This document shows positions 1 to 14,400 of a stretch of DNA of 64,000 nucleotides, piece by piece. Both the position numbers and the translations under genes were made by a program. A model generated the notes under the pieces. It was given only the letters and a program-made list of their open reading frames with translations. It was not told where the DNA came from and searched no databases. Every line of letters begins with the position of its first letter. The stretch's first letter is position 1. The DNA comes from Balanoglossus misakiensis (Eukaryota > Animalia > Hemichordata), in the NCBI GenBank assembly GCA_040954595.2, contig CM082585.2, forward strand, positions 1,766,902 to 1,830,901, written 5' to 3'.

Positions 1-3000
1 AGGAAGTTTTCCACCAGACTCTGTAGATCGACGGATAGTTGTAAAATTTCATGGTTGCTTCCAAATACAGCCTCGTTTATTTACCGATTTCTGTTGTGAT
101 GCGCATAACACATAGATAGGCCTATGCGCATAAGAACGTTTTCCACTAGACTCTTTAGATCGACGGATAGTTGTACAATTTCCATGGTTGCTTCCAAACA
201 GCCTCGTTTATTTACCGATTTCTGTTGTGAGGCGCAGAACACATGATAGGCCTATGCGCATAAGACATTTTTCCACTAGACTCTGTAGATCGACGGATAG
301 TTCTAAAATTTCCATGGTTGCTTCCAAACAGCCTCGTTTATTTACCGAATTCTGTTGTGAGGCGCAGAGCACGTAATAGGCCTATGCGCATAAGAAAGTT
401 TTCCACCAGACTCTGTAGATCGACGGATAGTTGTAAAATTTCCATGGTTGCTTCCAAACAGCCTCGTTTATTTACCGATTTCTGTTGTGATGCGCAGAAC
501 ACATAGATAGGCATATGTGCATAATAAAGTTTTCCACTAGACTCTGTAGATCGAGAGATAGTTCTAAAATTTCCATGGTTGCTTCCAAACACAGCCTCGT
601 TTGTTTACAAAATTCTGTTGTGATGCGCAGAACACATAGATAGGCATATGTGCATAAGAAAGTTTTCCACTACAGACTCTGTAGATCGAGAGATAGTTCT
701 AAAATGTCCATGGTTGCTTCCAAACACAGCCTCGTTTATTTACCGATTTCTGTTGTGATGCGCATAACACATAGATAGGCCTATGCGCATAAGAACGTTT
801 TCCACTAGACTCTGTAGATCGACGGATAGCTGTACAATTTCCATGGTTGCTTCCAAACAGCCTCGTTTATTTACCGATTTCTGTTGTGAGGCGCAGAACA
901 CATGATAGGCCTATGCGCATGAGACATTTTTCCACTAGACTCTGTAGATCGACGGATAGTTGTAAAATTTCATGGTTGCTTCCAAATACAGCCTCGTTTA
1001 TTTACCGATTTCTGTTGTGATGCGCATAACACATTGATAGGCCTATGCGCATAAGAACGTTTCCACTAGACTTTGTAGATCGACGGATAGTTGTACAATG
1101 TCCATGGTTGCTTCCAAACAGCCTCGTTTATTTACCGAATTCTGTTGTGAGGCGCAGAGCACGTAATAGGCCTATGCGCATAAGAAAGTTTTCCACCAGA
1201 CTCTGTAGATCGACGGATAGTTGTAAAATTTCCATGGTTGCTTCCAAACAGCCTCGTTTATTTACCGATTTCTGTTGTGATGCGCAGAACACATAGATAG
1301 GCATATGTGCATAATAAAGTTTTCCACTAGACTCTGTAGATCGAGAGATAGTTCTAAAATTTCCATGGTTGCTTCCAAACACAGCCTCGTTTGTTTACAA
1401 AATTCTGTTGTGATGCGCAGAACACATATATAGGCCTATGCGCATAATAACGTTTTCCACTAGACTCTGTAGATCGACGGATAGTTGTAAAATTTCCATG
1501 GTTGCTTCCAAACAGCCTCGTTTATTTACCGAATTCTGTTGTGAGGCGCAGAACACATAGATAGGCATATGTGCATAATAAAGTTTTCCACTATAGACTC
1601 TGTAGATCGAGAGATAGTTCTAAAATGTCCATGGTTGCTTCCAAACACAGCCTCGTTTGTTTACAAAATTCTGTTGTGATGCGCAGAACACATATATAGG
1701 CCTATGCGCATAAGAACGTTTCCACTAGACTCTGTAGATCGACGGATAGCTGTAAAATTTCCATGGTTGCTTCCAAACAGCCTCGTTTATTTACCGAATT
1801 CTGTTGTGAGGCGCAGAACACATAGATAGGCATATGTGCATAAGAAAGTTTTCCACTACAGACTCTGTAGATCGAGAGATAGTTCTAAAATGTCCATGGT
1901 TGCTTCCAAACACAGCCTCGTTTATTTACCGATTTCTGTTGTGATGCGCATAACACATAGATAGGCCTATGCGCATAAGAACGTTTTCCACTAGACTCTG
2001 TAGATCGACGGATAGTTGTACAATTTCCATGGTTGCTTCCAAACAGCATCGTTTATTTACCGAATTCTGTTGTGAGGCGCAGAACACGTAATAGGTCTAT
2101 GCGCATAAGGAAGTTTTCCACCAGACTCTGTAGATCGACGGATAGTTGTAAAATTTCATGGTTGCTTCCAAATACAGCCTCGTTTATTTACCGATTTCTG
2201 TTGTGATGCGCATAACACATGGATAGGCCTATGCGCATAAGAACGTTTTCCACTAGACTCTGTAGATCGACGGATAGTTGTACAATTTCCATGGTTGCTT
2301 CCAAACAGCCTCGTTTATTTACCGATTTCTGTTGTGAGGCGCAGAACACATGATAGGCCTATGCGCATAAGACATTTTTCCACTAGACTCTGTAGATCGA
2401 CGGATAGTTCTAAAATTTCCATGGTTGCTTCCAAACAGCCTCGTTTATTTACCGAATTCTGTTGTGAGGCGCAGAGCACGTAATAGGCCTATGCGCATAA
2501 GAAAGTTTTCCACCAGACTCCGTAGATCGACGGATAGTTGTAAAATTTCCATGGTTGTTTCCAAACACAGCCTCGTTCATTTACAAAATTCTGTTGTGAT
2601 GCGCAGAACACATAGATAGGCCTATGCGCATATGAACGTTTTCCACTATACACTGTAGATCGAGAGATAGTTCTAAAACTTCCATGTTTGCTTCCAAACA
2701 GCCTCGTTTATTTGCGGAATTCTGTTTTGAGGCGCAGAACACATAGATAGGCATATGTGAATAAGAAAGTTTTCCACTATAGACTCTGTAGATCGAGAGA
2801 TAGTTGTAAAATTTCCATGGTTGCTTCCAAACAGCCTCGTTTATTTACCGATTTCTGTTGTGAGGCGCAGAACACATAGATAGGCCTATGCGCATAAAAA
2901 ACTTTTCAACTTTAGATCAACGGATAGTTCAAAAATTTCCATGGTTGTTTCCAAACAGCCTCGTTTATTTACCGAATTCTGTTGTGATGCGTAGAACACA

Positions 3001-4079
3001 TACATATGCCTATGCGCATAAGAAAGTTTTCCACCAGACTCTGTAGATCGACGGATAGTTGTAAAATTTCCATGGTTGCTTCCAAACAGCCTCGTTTATT
3101 TACCGATTTCTGTTGTGATGCGCAGAACACATAGATAGGCATATGTGCATAATAAAGTTTTCCACTAGACTCTGTAGATCGAGAGATAGTTCTAAAATTT
3201 CCATGGTTGCTTCCAAACACAGCCTCGTTTGTTTACAAAATTCTGTTGTGATGCGCAGAACACATATATAGGCCTATGCGCATAATAACGTTTTCCACTA
3301 GACTCTGTAGATCGACGGATAGTTGTAAAATTTCCATGGTTGCTTCCAAACAGCCTCGTTTATTTACCGAATTCTGTTGTGAGGCGCAGAACACATTGAT
3401 AGGCATATGTGCATAAGAAAGTTTTCCACTATAGACTCTGTAGATCGAGAGATAGTTCTAAAATGTCCATGGTTGCTTCCAAACACAGCCTCGTTTGTTT
3501 ACAAAATTCTGTTGTGATGCGCAGAACACATATATAGGCCTATGCGCATAAGAACGTTTCCACTAGACTCTGTAGATCGACGGATAGCTGTAAAATTTCC
3601 ATGGTTGCTTTTAAACAGCCTCGTTTATTTACCGATTTCTGTTGTGAGGCGCAGAACACATAGATAGGCATATGTGCATAAGAAAGTTTTCCACTATAGA
3701 CTCTGTAGATAGTTCTAAAATGTCCATGGTTGCTTCCAAACACAGCCTCGTTTATTTACCGATTTCTGTTGAGATGCGCATAACACATAGATAGGCCTAT
3801 GCGCATAAGAACGTTTTCCACTAGACTCTGTAGATCGACGGATAGTTGTACAATTTCCATGGTTGCTTCCGAACAGCATCGTTTATTTACGGAATTCTGT
3901 TGTGAGGCGCAGAACACGTAAGAGGTCTATGCGCATAAGGAAGTTTTCCACCAGACTCTGTAGATCGACGGATAGTTGTTAAATTTCATGGTTGCTTCAA
4001 AATACAGCCTCGTTTATTTACCGATTTCTGTTGTGATGCGCATAACACATAGATAGGCCTATGCGCATAAGAACGTTTT

Positions 4080-7000
4080 CCACTAGACTCTGTAGATCGA
4101 CGGATAGTTGTACAATTTCCATGGTTGCTTCCAAACAGCCTCGTTTATTTACCGATTTCTGTTGTGAGGCGCAGAACACATGACAGGCCTATGCGCATAA
4201 GACATTTTTCCACTAGACTCTGTAGATCGACGGATAGTTCTAAAATGTCCATGGTTGCTTCCAAACAGCCTCGTTTATTTACCGAATTCTGTTGTGAGGC
4301 GCAGAGCACGTAATAGGCCTATGCGCATAAGAAAGTTTTCCACCAGACTCCGTAGATCGACGGATAGTTGTAAAATTTCCATGGTTGTTTCCAAACACAG
4401 CCTCGTTCATTTACAAAATTCTGTTGTGATGCGCTGAACACATACATATGCCTATGCGCATAAGAAAGTTTCCCACTAGACTCTGTAGATCGACGGATAG
4501 TTCTAAAATTTCCATGATTGCTTCCAAACACATCCTCGATTGTTTACAAAATTCTGTTGTGATGCGCAGAACACATATATAGGCCTATGCGCATATGAAC
4601 GTTTTCCACTATACTCCGTAGATCGACGGATAGTTCTAAAATTTCCATTGTTGCTTCCAAACAGCCTCGTTTATTTACCGAATTCTGTTGTGAGGCGCAG
4701 AACACGTAATAGGCCTATGCGCATAAGAAACTTTTCAACTTTAGATCGAGAGATAGTTCTAAAATTTCCATGGTTGTTTCCAAACACAGCCTCGTTCATT
4801 TACAAAATTCTGTTGTGATGCGCTGAACACATACATATGCCTATGCGCATAAGAAAGTTTCCCACTAGACTCTGTAGATCGACGGATAGTTCTAAAATTT
4901 CCATGATTGCTTCCAAACACATCCTCGATTGATTACAAAATTCTGTTGTGATGCGCAGAACACATAGATAGGCCTATGCGCATATGAACGTTTTCCACTA
5001 TACACTGTAGATCGAGAGATAGTTCTAAAACTTCCATGTTTGCTTCCAAACAGCCTCGTTTATTTGCGGAATTCTGTTTTGAGGCGCAGAACACATAGAT
5101 AGGCATATGTGAATAAGAAAGTTTTCCACTATAGACTCTGTAGATCGAGAGATAGTTGTAAAATTTCCATGGTTGCTTCCAAACAGCCTCGTTTATTTAC
5201 CGATTTCTGTTGTGAGGCGCAGAACACATAGATAGGCCTATGCGCATAAAAAACTTTTCAACTTTAGATCAACGGATAGTTCAAAAATTTCCATGGTTGT
5301 TTCCAAACAGCCTCGTTTATTTACCGAATTCTGTTGTGATGCGTAGAACACATACATATGCCTATGCGCATAAGAAAGTTTTCCACTAGACTCCGTAGAT
5401 CGACGAATAGTTCTAAAATGTCCATGGTTGCTTCCAAACAAAGCCTGGTTTGTTTACAAAATTCTGTTGTGATGCGCAGAACACATAGATAGGCCTATGC
5501 GCATATGAACGTTTTCCACTATACTCTGTAGATCGAGAGTTAGTTCTAAAATTTCCATGTTTGCTTCCAAACAGCCTCGTTTATTTACGGAATTCTGTTT
5601 TGAGGCGCAGAACACATAGATAGGCATATGTGCATAAGAAAGTTTTCCACTATAGACTCTGTACATCGAGAGATAGTTCTAAAATTTCCATGGTTGCTTT
5701 CAAACACAGCCTCGTTTGTTTACAAAATTCTGTTGTGATGCGCAGAACACATATATAGGCCTATGCGCATAAGAACGTTTTCCACTAGACTCTGTAGATC
5801 GACGGATAGTTCTAAAATTTCCATGGTTGCTTCCAAACAGCCTCGTTTATTTAACGAATTCTGTTGTGAGGCACAGAACACATAGATAGGCCTATGTGCA
5901 TAAGAAAGTTTTCCACTATAGACTCTGTAGATCGAGAGATAGTTCTAAAATGTCCATGGTTGCTTCCAAACACAGCCTCGTTTGTTTACAAAATTCTGTT
6001 GTGATGCGCAGAACACATATATAGGCCTATGCGCATAATAACGTTTTCCACTAGACTCTGTAGATCGACGGATAGTTGTAAAATTTCCATGGTTGCTTCC
6101 AAACAGCCTCGTTTATTTACCGAATTCTGTTGTGAGGCGCAGAACACATAGATAGGCATATGTGCATAAGAAAGTTTTCCACTATAGACTCTGTAGATCG
6201 AGAGATAGTTCTAAAATGTCCATGGTTGCTACCAAACACAGCCTCGTTTGTTTACAACATTCTGTTGTGATGCGCAGAACACATATATAGGCCTATGCGC
6301 ATAAGAACGTTTCCACTAGACTCTGTAGATCGACGGATAGCTGTAAAATTTCTATGGTTGCTTCCAAACAGCCTCGTTTATTTACCGATTTCTGTTGTGA
6401 GGCGCAGAACACATGATAGGCCTATGCGCATGAGACATTTTTCCACTAGACTCTGTAGATCGACGGATAGTTGTAAAATTTCATGGTTGCTTCCAAATAC
6501 AGCCTCGTTTATTTACCGATTTCTGTTGTGATGCGCATAACACATAGATAGGCCTATGCGCATAAGAACGTTTTCCACTAGACTCTGTAGATCGACGGAT
6601 AGTTGTACAATTTCCATGGTTACTTCCAAACAGCCTCGTTTATTTACCGATTTCTGTTGTGAGGCGCAGAACACATGATAGGCCTATGCGCATAAGACAT
6701 TTTTCCACTAGACTCTGTAGATCGACGGATAGTTCTAAAATTTCCATGGTTGCTTCCAAACAGCCTCGTTTATTTACCGAATTCTGTTGTGAGGCGCAGA
6801 GCACGTAATAGGCCTATGCGCATAAGAAAGTTTTCCACCAGACTCTGTAGATCGACGGATAGTTGTAAAATTTCCATGGTTGCTTCCAAACAGCCTCGTT
6901 TATTTACCGATTTCTGTTGTGATGCGCAGAACACATAGATAGGCATATGTGCATAATAAAGTTTTCCACTAGACTCTGTAGATCGAGAGATAGTTCTAAA

Positions 7001-10000
7001 ATTTCCATGGTTGCTTCCAAACACAGCCTCGTTTGTTTACACAATTCTGTTGTGATGCGCAGAACACATATATAGGCCTATGCGCATAATAACGTTTTCC
7101 ACTAGACTCTGTAGATCGACGGATAGTTGTAAAATTTCCATGGTTGCTTTCAAACAGCCTCGTTTATTTACCGAATTCTGTTGTGAGGCGCAGAACACAT
7201 AGATAGGCATATGTGCATAAGAAAGTTTTCCACTATAGACTCTGTAGATCGAGAGATAGTTCTAAAATGTCCATGGTTGCTTCCAAACACAGCCTCGTTT
7301 GTTTACAAAATTCTGTTGTGATGCGCAGAACACATATATAGGCCTATGCGCATAAGAACGTTTCCACTAGACTCTGTAGATCGACGGATAGCTGTAAAAT
7401 TTCCATGGTTGCTTTTAAACAGCCTCGTTTATTTACCGATTTCTGTTGTGAGGCGCAGAACACATAGATAGGCATATGTGCATAAGAAAGTTTTCCACTA
7501 TAGACTCTGTAGATCGAGAGATAGTTCTAAAATGTCCATGGTTGCTTCCAAACACAGCCTCGTTTATTTACCGATTTCTGTTGTGATGCGCATAACACAT
7601 AGATAGGCCTATGCGCATAAGAACGTTTTCCACTAGACTCTGTAGATCGACGGATAGTTCTAAAATTTCAATGGTTGCTTCCAAACAGCCTCGTTTATTT
7701 ACCGAATTCTGTTGTGATGCGCAGAACACATGATAGGACTATGCGCATAAGAAATTTTTCCACCAGACTCTGTAGATCGACGGATAGTTGTAAAATTTCC
7801 ATGGTTGCTTCCAAACAGCATCGTTTATTTACCGAATTCTGTTGTGAGGCGCAGAACACGTAATAGGTCTATGCGCATAAGGAAGTTTTCCACTAGACTC
7901 TGTAGATCGACGGATAGTTGTACAATTTCCATGGTTGCTTCCAAACAGCCTCTTTTATTTACCGATTTCTGTTGTGAGGCGCAGAACACATGATAGGCCT
8001 ATGCGCATAAGACATTTTTCCACTAGACTCTGTAGATCGACGGATAGTTCTAAAATTTCCATGGTTGCTTCCAAACAGCCTCGTTTATTTACCGAATTCT
8101 GTTGTGAGGCGCAGAGCACGTAATAGGCCTATGCGCATAAGAAAGTTTTCCACCAGACTCCGTAGATCGACGGATAGTTGTAAAATTTCCATGGTTGTTT
8201 CCAAACACAGCCTCGTTCATTTACAAAATTCTGTTGTTATGCGCTGAACACATACATATGCCTATGCGCATAAGAAAGTTTCCCACTAGACTCTGTAGAT
8301 CGACGGATAGTTCTAAAATTTCCATGATTGCTTCCAAACACATCCTCGATTGTTTACAAAATTCTGTTGTGATGCGCAGAACACATATATAGGCCTATGC
8401 GCATATGAACGTTTTCCACTATACTCCGTAGATCGACGGATAGTTCTAAAATTTCCATTGTTGCTTCCAAACAGCCTCGTTTATTTACCGAATTCTGTTG
8501 TGAGGCGCAGAACACGTAATAGGCCTATGCGCATAAGAAACTTTTCAACTTTAGATCGAGAGATAGTTCTAAAATTTCCATGGTTGTTTCCAAACACAGC
8601 CTCGTTCATTTACAAAATTCTGTTGTGATGCGCTGAACACATACATATGCCTATGCGCATAAGAAAGTTTCCCACTAGACTCTGTAGATCGACGGATAGT
8701 TCTAAAATTTCCATGATTGCTTCCAAACACATCCTCGATTGATTACAAAATTCTGTTGTGATGCGCAGAACACATAGATAGGCCTATGCGCATATGAACG
8801 TTTTCCACTATACACTGTAGATCGAGAGATAGTTCTAAAACTTCCATGTTTGCTTCCAAACAGCCTCGTTTATTTGCGGAATTCTGTTTTGAGGCGCAGA
8901 ACACATAGATAGGCATATGTGAATAAGAAAGTTTTCCACTATAGACTCTGTAGATCGAGAGATAGTTGTAAAATTTCCATGGTTGCTTCCAAACAGCCTC
9001 GTTTATTTACCGATTTCTGTTGTGAGGCGCAGAACACATAGATAGGCCTATGCGCATAAAAAACTTTTCAACTTTAGATCAACGGATAGTTCAAAAATTT
9101 CCATGGTTTTTTCCAAACAGCCTCGTTTATTTACCGAATTCTGTTGTGATGCGTAGAACACATACATATGCCTATGCGCATAAGAAAGTTTTCCACTAGA
9201 CTCCGTAGATCGACGAATAGTTCTAAAATGTCCATGGTTGCTTCCAAACAAAGCCTGGTTTGTTTACAAAATTCTGTTGTGATGCGCAGAACACATAGAT
9301 AGGCCTATGCGCATATGAACGTTTTCCACTATACTCTGTAGATCGAGAGTTAGTTCTAAAATTTCCATGTTTGCTTCCAAACAGCCTCGTTTATTTACGG
9401 AATTCTGTTTTGAGGCGCAGAACACATAGATAGGCATAGGTGCATAAGAAAGTTTTCCACTATAGACTCTGTACATCGAGAGATAGTTCTAAAATTTCCA
9501 TGGTTGCTTTCAAACACAGCCTCGTTTGTTTACAAAATTCTGTTGTGATGCGCAGAACACATATATAGGCCTATGCGCATAAGAACGTTTTCCACTAGAC
9601 TCTGTAGATCGACGGATAGTTTTAAAATTTCCATGGTTGCTTCCAAACAGCCTCGTTTATTTACCGAATTCTGTTGTGAGGCACAGAACACATAGATAGG
9701 CCTATGTGCATAAGAAAGTTTTCCACTATAGACTCTGTAGATCGAGAGATAGTTCTAAAATGTCCATGGTTGCTTCCAAACACAGCCTCGTTTGTTTACA
9801 AAATTCTGTTGTGATGCGCAGAACACATATATAGGCCTATGCGCATAATAACGTTTTCCACTAGACTCTGTAGATCGACGGATAGTTGTAAAATTTCCAT
9901 GGTTGCTTCCAAACAGCCTCGTTTATTTACCGAATTCTGTTGTGAGGCGCAGAACACATAGATAGGCATATGTGCATAAGAAAGTTTTCCACTATAGACT

Positions 10001-11458
10001 CTGTAGATCGAGAGATAGTTCTAAAATGTCCATGGTTGCTACCAAACACAGCCTCGTTTGTTTACAACATTCTGTTGTGATGCGCAGAACACATATATAG
10101 GCCTATGCGCATAAGAACGTTTCCACTAGACTCTGTAGATCGACGGATAGCTGTAAAATTTCTATGGTTGCTTCCAAACAGCCTCGTTTATTTACCGATT
10201 TCTGTTGTGAGGCGCAGAACACATGATAGGCCTATGCGCATGAGACATTTTTCCACTAGACTCTGTAGATCGACGGATAGTTGTAAAATTTCATGGTTGC
10301 TTCCAAATACAGCCTCGTTTATTTACCGATTTCTGTTGTGATGCGCATAACACATAGATAGGCCTATGCGCATAAGAACGTTTTCCACTAGACTCTGTAG
10401 ATCGACGGATAGTTGTACAATTTCCATGGTTACTTCCAAACAGCCTCGTTTATTTACCGATTTCTGTTGTGAGGCGCAGAACACATGATAGGCCTATGCG
10501 CATAAGACATTTTTCCACTAGACTCTGTAGATCGACGGATAGTTCTAAAATTTCCATGGTTGCTTCCAAACAGCCTCGTTTATTTACCGAATTCTGTTGT
10601 GAGGCGCAGAGCACGTAATAGGCCTATGCGCATAAGAAAATTTTCCACCAGACTCTGTAGATCGACGGATAGTTGTAAAATTTCCATGGTTGCTTCCAAA
10701 CAGCCTCGTTTATTTACCGATTTCTGTTGTGATGCGCAGAACACATAGATAGGCATATGTGCATAATAAAGTTTTCCACTAGACTCTGTAGATCGAGAGA
10801 TAGTTCTAAAATTTCCATGGTTGCTTCCAAACACAGCCTCGTTTGTTTACACAATTCTGTTGTGATGCGCAGAACACATATATAGGCCTATGCGCATAAT
10901 AACGTTTTCCACTAGACTCTGTAGATCGACGGATAGTTGTAAAATTTCCATGGTTGCTTTCAAACAGCCTCGTTTATTTACCGAATTCTGTTGTGAGGCG
11001 CAGAACACATAGATAGGCATATGTGCATAAGAAAGTTTTCCACTATAGACTCTGTAGATCGAGAGATAGTTCTAAAATGTCCATGGTTGCTTCCAAACAC
11101 AGCCTCGTTTGTTTACAAAATTCTGTTGTGATGCGCAGAACACATATATAGGCCTATGCGCATAAGAACGTTTCCACTAGACTCTGTAGATCGACGGATA
11201 GCTGTAAAATTTCCATGGTTGCTTTTAAACAGCCTCGTTTATTTACCGATTTCTGTTGTGAGGCGCAGAACACATAGATAGGCATATGTGCATAAGAAAG
11301 TTTTCCACTATAGACTCTGTAGATCGAGAGATAGTTCTAAAATGTCCATGGTTGCTTCCAAACACAGCCTCGTTTATTTACCGATTTCTGTTGTGATGCG
11401 CATAACACATAGATAGGCCTATGCGCATAAGAACGTTTTCCACTAGACTCTGTAGATC
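4080..11458. repeat. Block duplication within satellite, period 3810 bp (~29 monomers), 2 copies
   Basis: ORF-track offsets of exactly 3810 (4540/8350, 5238/9048, 5454/9264, 6295/10105, 6750/10560) and shared private variants (GCCTGGTT ~5443/9253, GTACATCGAG ~5661/9471, CAACAT 6255/10065). Confidence 0.9.
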
Positions 11459-14400
11459 GAGAGATAGTTGTAAAATTTCCATGGTTGCTTCCAAACACAG
11501 CCTCGTTTGTTTACAAAATTCTGTTGTGAGGCACAGAACACATAGATAGGCCTATGTGCATAAGAAAGTTTTCCACTATAGACTCTGTAGATCGAGAGAT
11601 AGTCCTAAAATGTCCATGGTTGCTTCCAAACACAGCCTCGTTTGTTTACAAAATTCTGTTGTGATGCGCAGAACACATATATAGGCCTATGCGCATAATA
11701 ACGTTTTCCACTAGACTCTGTAGATCGACGGATAGTTGTAAAATTTCCATGGTTGCTTCCAAACAGCCTCGTTTATTTACCGAATTCTGTTGTGAGGCGC
11801 AGAACACATAGATAGGCATATGTGCATAAGAAAGTTTTCCACTATAGACTCTGTAGATCGAGAGATAGTTCTAAAATGTCCATGGTTGCTACCAAACACA
11901 GCCTCGTTTGTTTACAAAATTCTGTTGTGATGCGCAGAACACATATATAGGCCTATGCGCATAAGAACGTTTCCACTAGACTCTGTAGATCGACGGATAG
12001 CTATACAATTTCCATGGTTGCTTCCAAACAGCCTCGTTTATTTACCGATTTCTGTTGTGAGGCGCAGAACACATGATAGGCCTATGCGCATGAGACATTT
12101 TTCCACTAGACTCTGTAGATCGACGGATAGTTGTAAAATTTCATGGTTGCTTCCAAACACAGCCTCGTTTGTTTACAAAATTCTGTTGTGATGCGCAGAA
12201 CACATATATAGGCCTATGCGCATAATAACGTTTTCCACTAGACTCTGTAGATCGACGGATAGTTGTAAAATTTCCATGGTTGCTTCCAAACAGCCTCGTT
12301 TATTTACCGAATTCTGTTGTGAGGCGCAGAACACATAGATAGGCATATGTGCATAAGAAAGTTTTCCACTATAGACTCTGTAGATCGAGAGATAGTTCTA
12401 AAATGTCCATGGTTGCTACCAAACACAGCCTCGTTTGTTTACAAAATTCTGTTGTGATGCGCAGAACACATATATAGGCCTATGCGCATAAGAACGTTTC
12501 CACTAGACTCTGTAGATCGACGGATAGTTGTACAATTTCCATGGTTGCTTCCAAACAGCCTCGTTTATTTACCGATTTCTGTTGTGAGGCGCAGAACACA
12601 TGATAGGCCTATGCGCATAAGAAAGTTTTCCACCAGACTCCGTAGATCGACGGATAGTTGTAAAATTTCCATGGTTGTTTCCAAACACAGCCTCGTTCAT
12701 TTACAAAATTCTGTTGTTATGCGCTGAACACATACATATGCCTATGCGCATAAGAAAGTTTCCACTAGACTCTGTAGATCGACGGATAGTTCTAAAATTT
12801 CCATGATTGCTTCCAAACACATCCTCGATTATTTACAAAATTCTGTTGTGATGCGCAGAACACATAGATAGGCCTATGCGCATATGAACGTTTTCCACTA
12901 TACACTGTAGATCGAGAGATAGTTCTAAAACTTCCATGTTTGCTTCCAAACAGCCTCGTTTATTTGCGGAATTCTGTTTTGAGGCGCAGAACACATAGAT
13001 AGGCATATGTGAATAAGAAAGTTTTCCACTATAGACTCTGTAGATCGAGAGATAGTTGTAAAATTTCCATGGTTGCTTCCAAACAGCCTCGTTTATTTAC
13101 CGATTTCTGTTGTGAGGCGCAGAACACATAGATAGGCCTATGCGCATAAAAAACTTTTCAACTTTAGATCAACGGATAGTTCAAAAATTTCCATGGTTGT
13201 TTCCAAACAGCCTCGTTTATTTACCGAATTCTGTTGTGATGCGTAGAACACATACATATGCCTATGCGCATAAGAAAGTTTTCCACCAGACTCTGTAGAT
13301 CGACGGATAGTTCTAAAATGTCCATGGTTGCTTCCAAACAAAGCCTCGTTTATTTACCGATTTCTGTTGTGATGCGCAGAACACATAGATAGGCATATGT
13401 GCATAATAAAGTTTTCCACTAGACTCTGTAGATCGAGAGATAGTTCTAAAATTTCCATGGTTGCTTCCAAACACAGCCTCGTTTGTTTACAAAATTCTGT
13501 TGTGATGCGCAGAACACATATATAGGCCTATGCGCATAATAACGTTTTCCACTAGACTCTGTAGATCGACGGATAGTTGTAAAATTTCCATGGTTGCTTC
13601 CAAACAGCCTCGTTTATTTACCGAATTCTGTTGTGAGGCGCAGAACACATAGATAGGCATATGTGCATAAGAAAGTTTTCCACTATAGACTCTGTAGATC
13701 GAGAGATAGTTCTAAAATGTCCATGGTTGCTTCCAAACACAGCCTCGTTTGTTTACAAAATTCTGTTGTGATGCGCAGAACACATATATAGGCCTATGCG
13801 CATAATAACGTTTTCCACTAGACTCTGTAGATCGACGGATAGTTGTAAAATTTCCATGGTTGCTTCCAAACAGCCTCGTTTATTTACCGAATTCTGTTGT
13901 GAGGCGCAGAACACATAGATAGGCATATGTGCATAAGAAAGTTTTCCACTATAGACTCTGTAGATCGAGAGATAGTTCTAAAATGTCCATGGTTGCTACC
14001 AAACACAGCCTCGTTTGTTTACAAAATTCTGTTGTGATGCGCAGAACACATATATAGGCCTATGCGCATAAGAACGTTTCCACTAGACTCTGTAGATCGA
14101 CGGATAGCTGTAAAATTTCCATGGTTGCTTCCAAACAGCCTCGTTTATTTACCGATTTCTGTTGTGAGGCGCAGAACACATGATATGCCTATGCGCATGA
14201 GACATTTTTCCACTAGACTCTGTAGATCGACGGATAGTTGTAAAATTTCATGGTTGCTTCCAAATACAGCCTCGTTTATTTAGCGATTTCTGTTGTGATG
14301 CGCATAACACATAGATAGGCCTATGCGCATAAGAACGTTTTCCACTAGACTTTGTAGATCGACGGATAGTTGTACAATGTCCATGGTTGCTTCCAAACAG

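Noticed and set aside
1-135. Tandem RNA gene (5S rRNA, tRNA, snRNA) or hammerhead-ribozyme satellite
   Set aside because: No recognisable similarity to 5S/tRNA/U RNAs and no CTGANGA hammerhead core on either strand of the monomer by eye; an Infernal/Rfam scan would be the formal test.
175-195. RFX X-box-like TTTCCATGGTTGC in each monomer; phased A-tract curvature
   Set aside because: Only half of GTTNCCATGGNAAC matches; A/T tracts show no clear 10-bp phasing by eye.
184-215. CENP-B box-like motif (minus strand CTGTTTGGAAGCAACC contains TTGGAAGC)
   Set aside because: Matches only the non-essential middle; the required TTCG and CGGG positions are absent.
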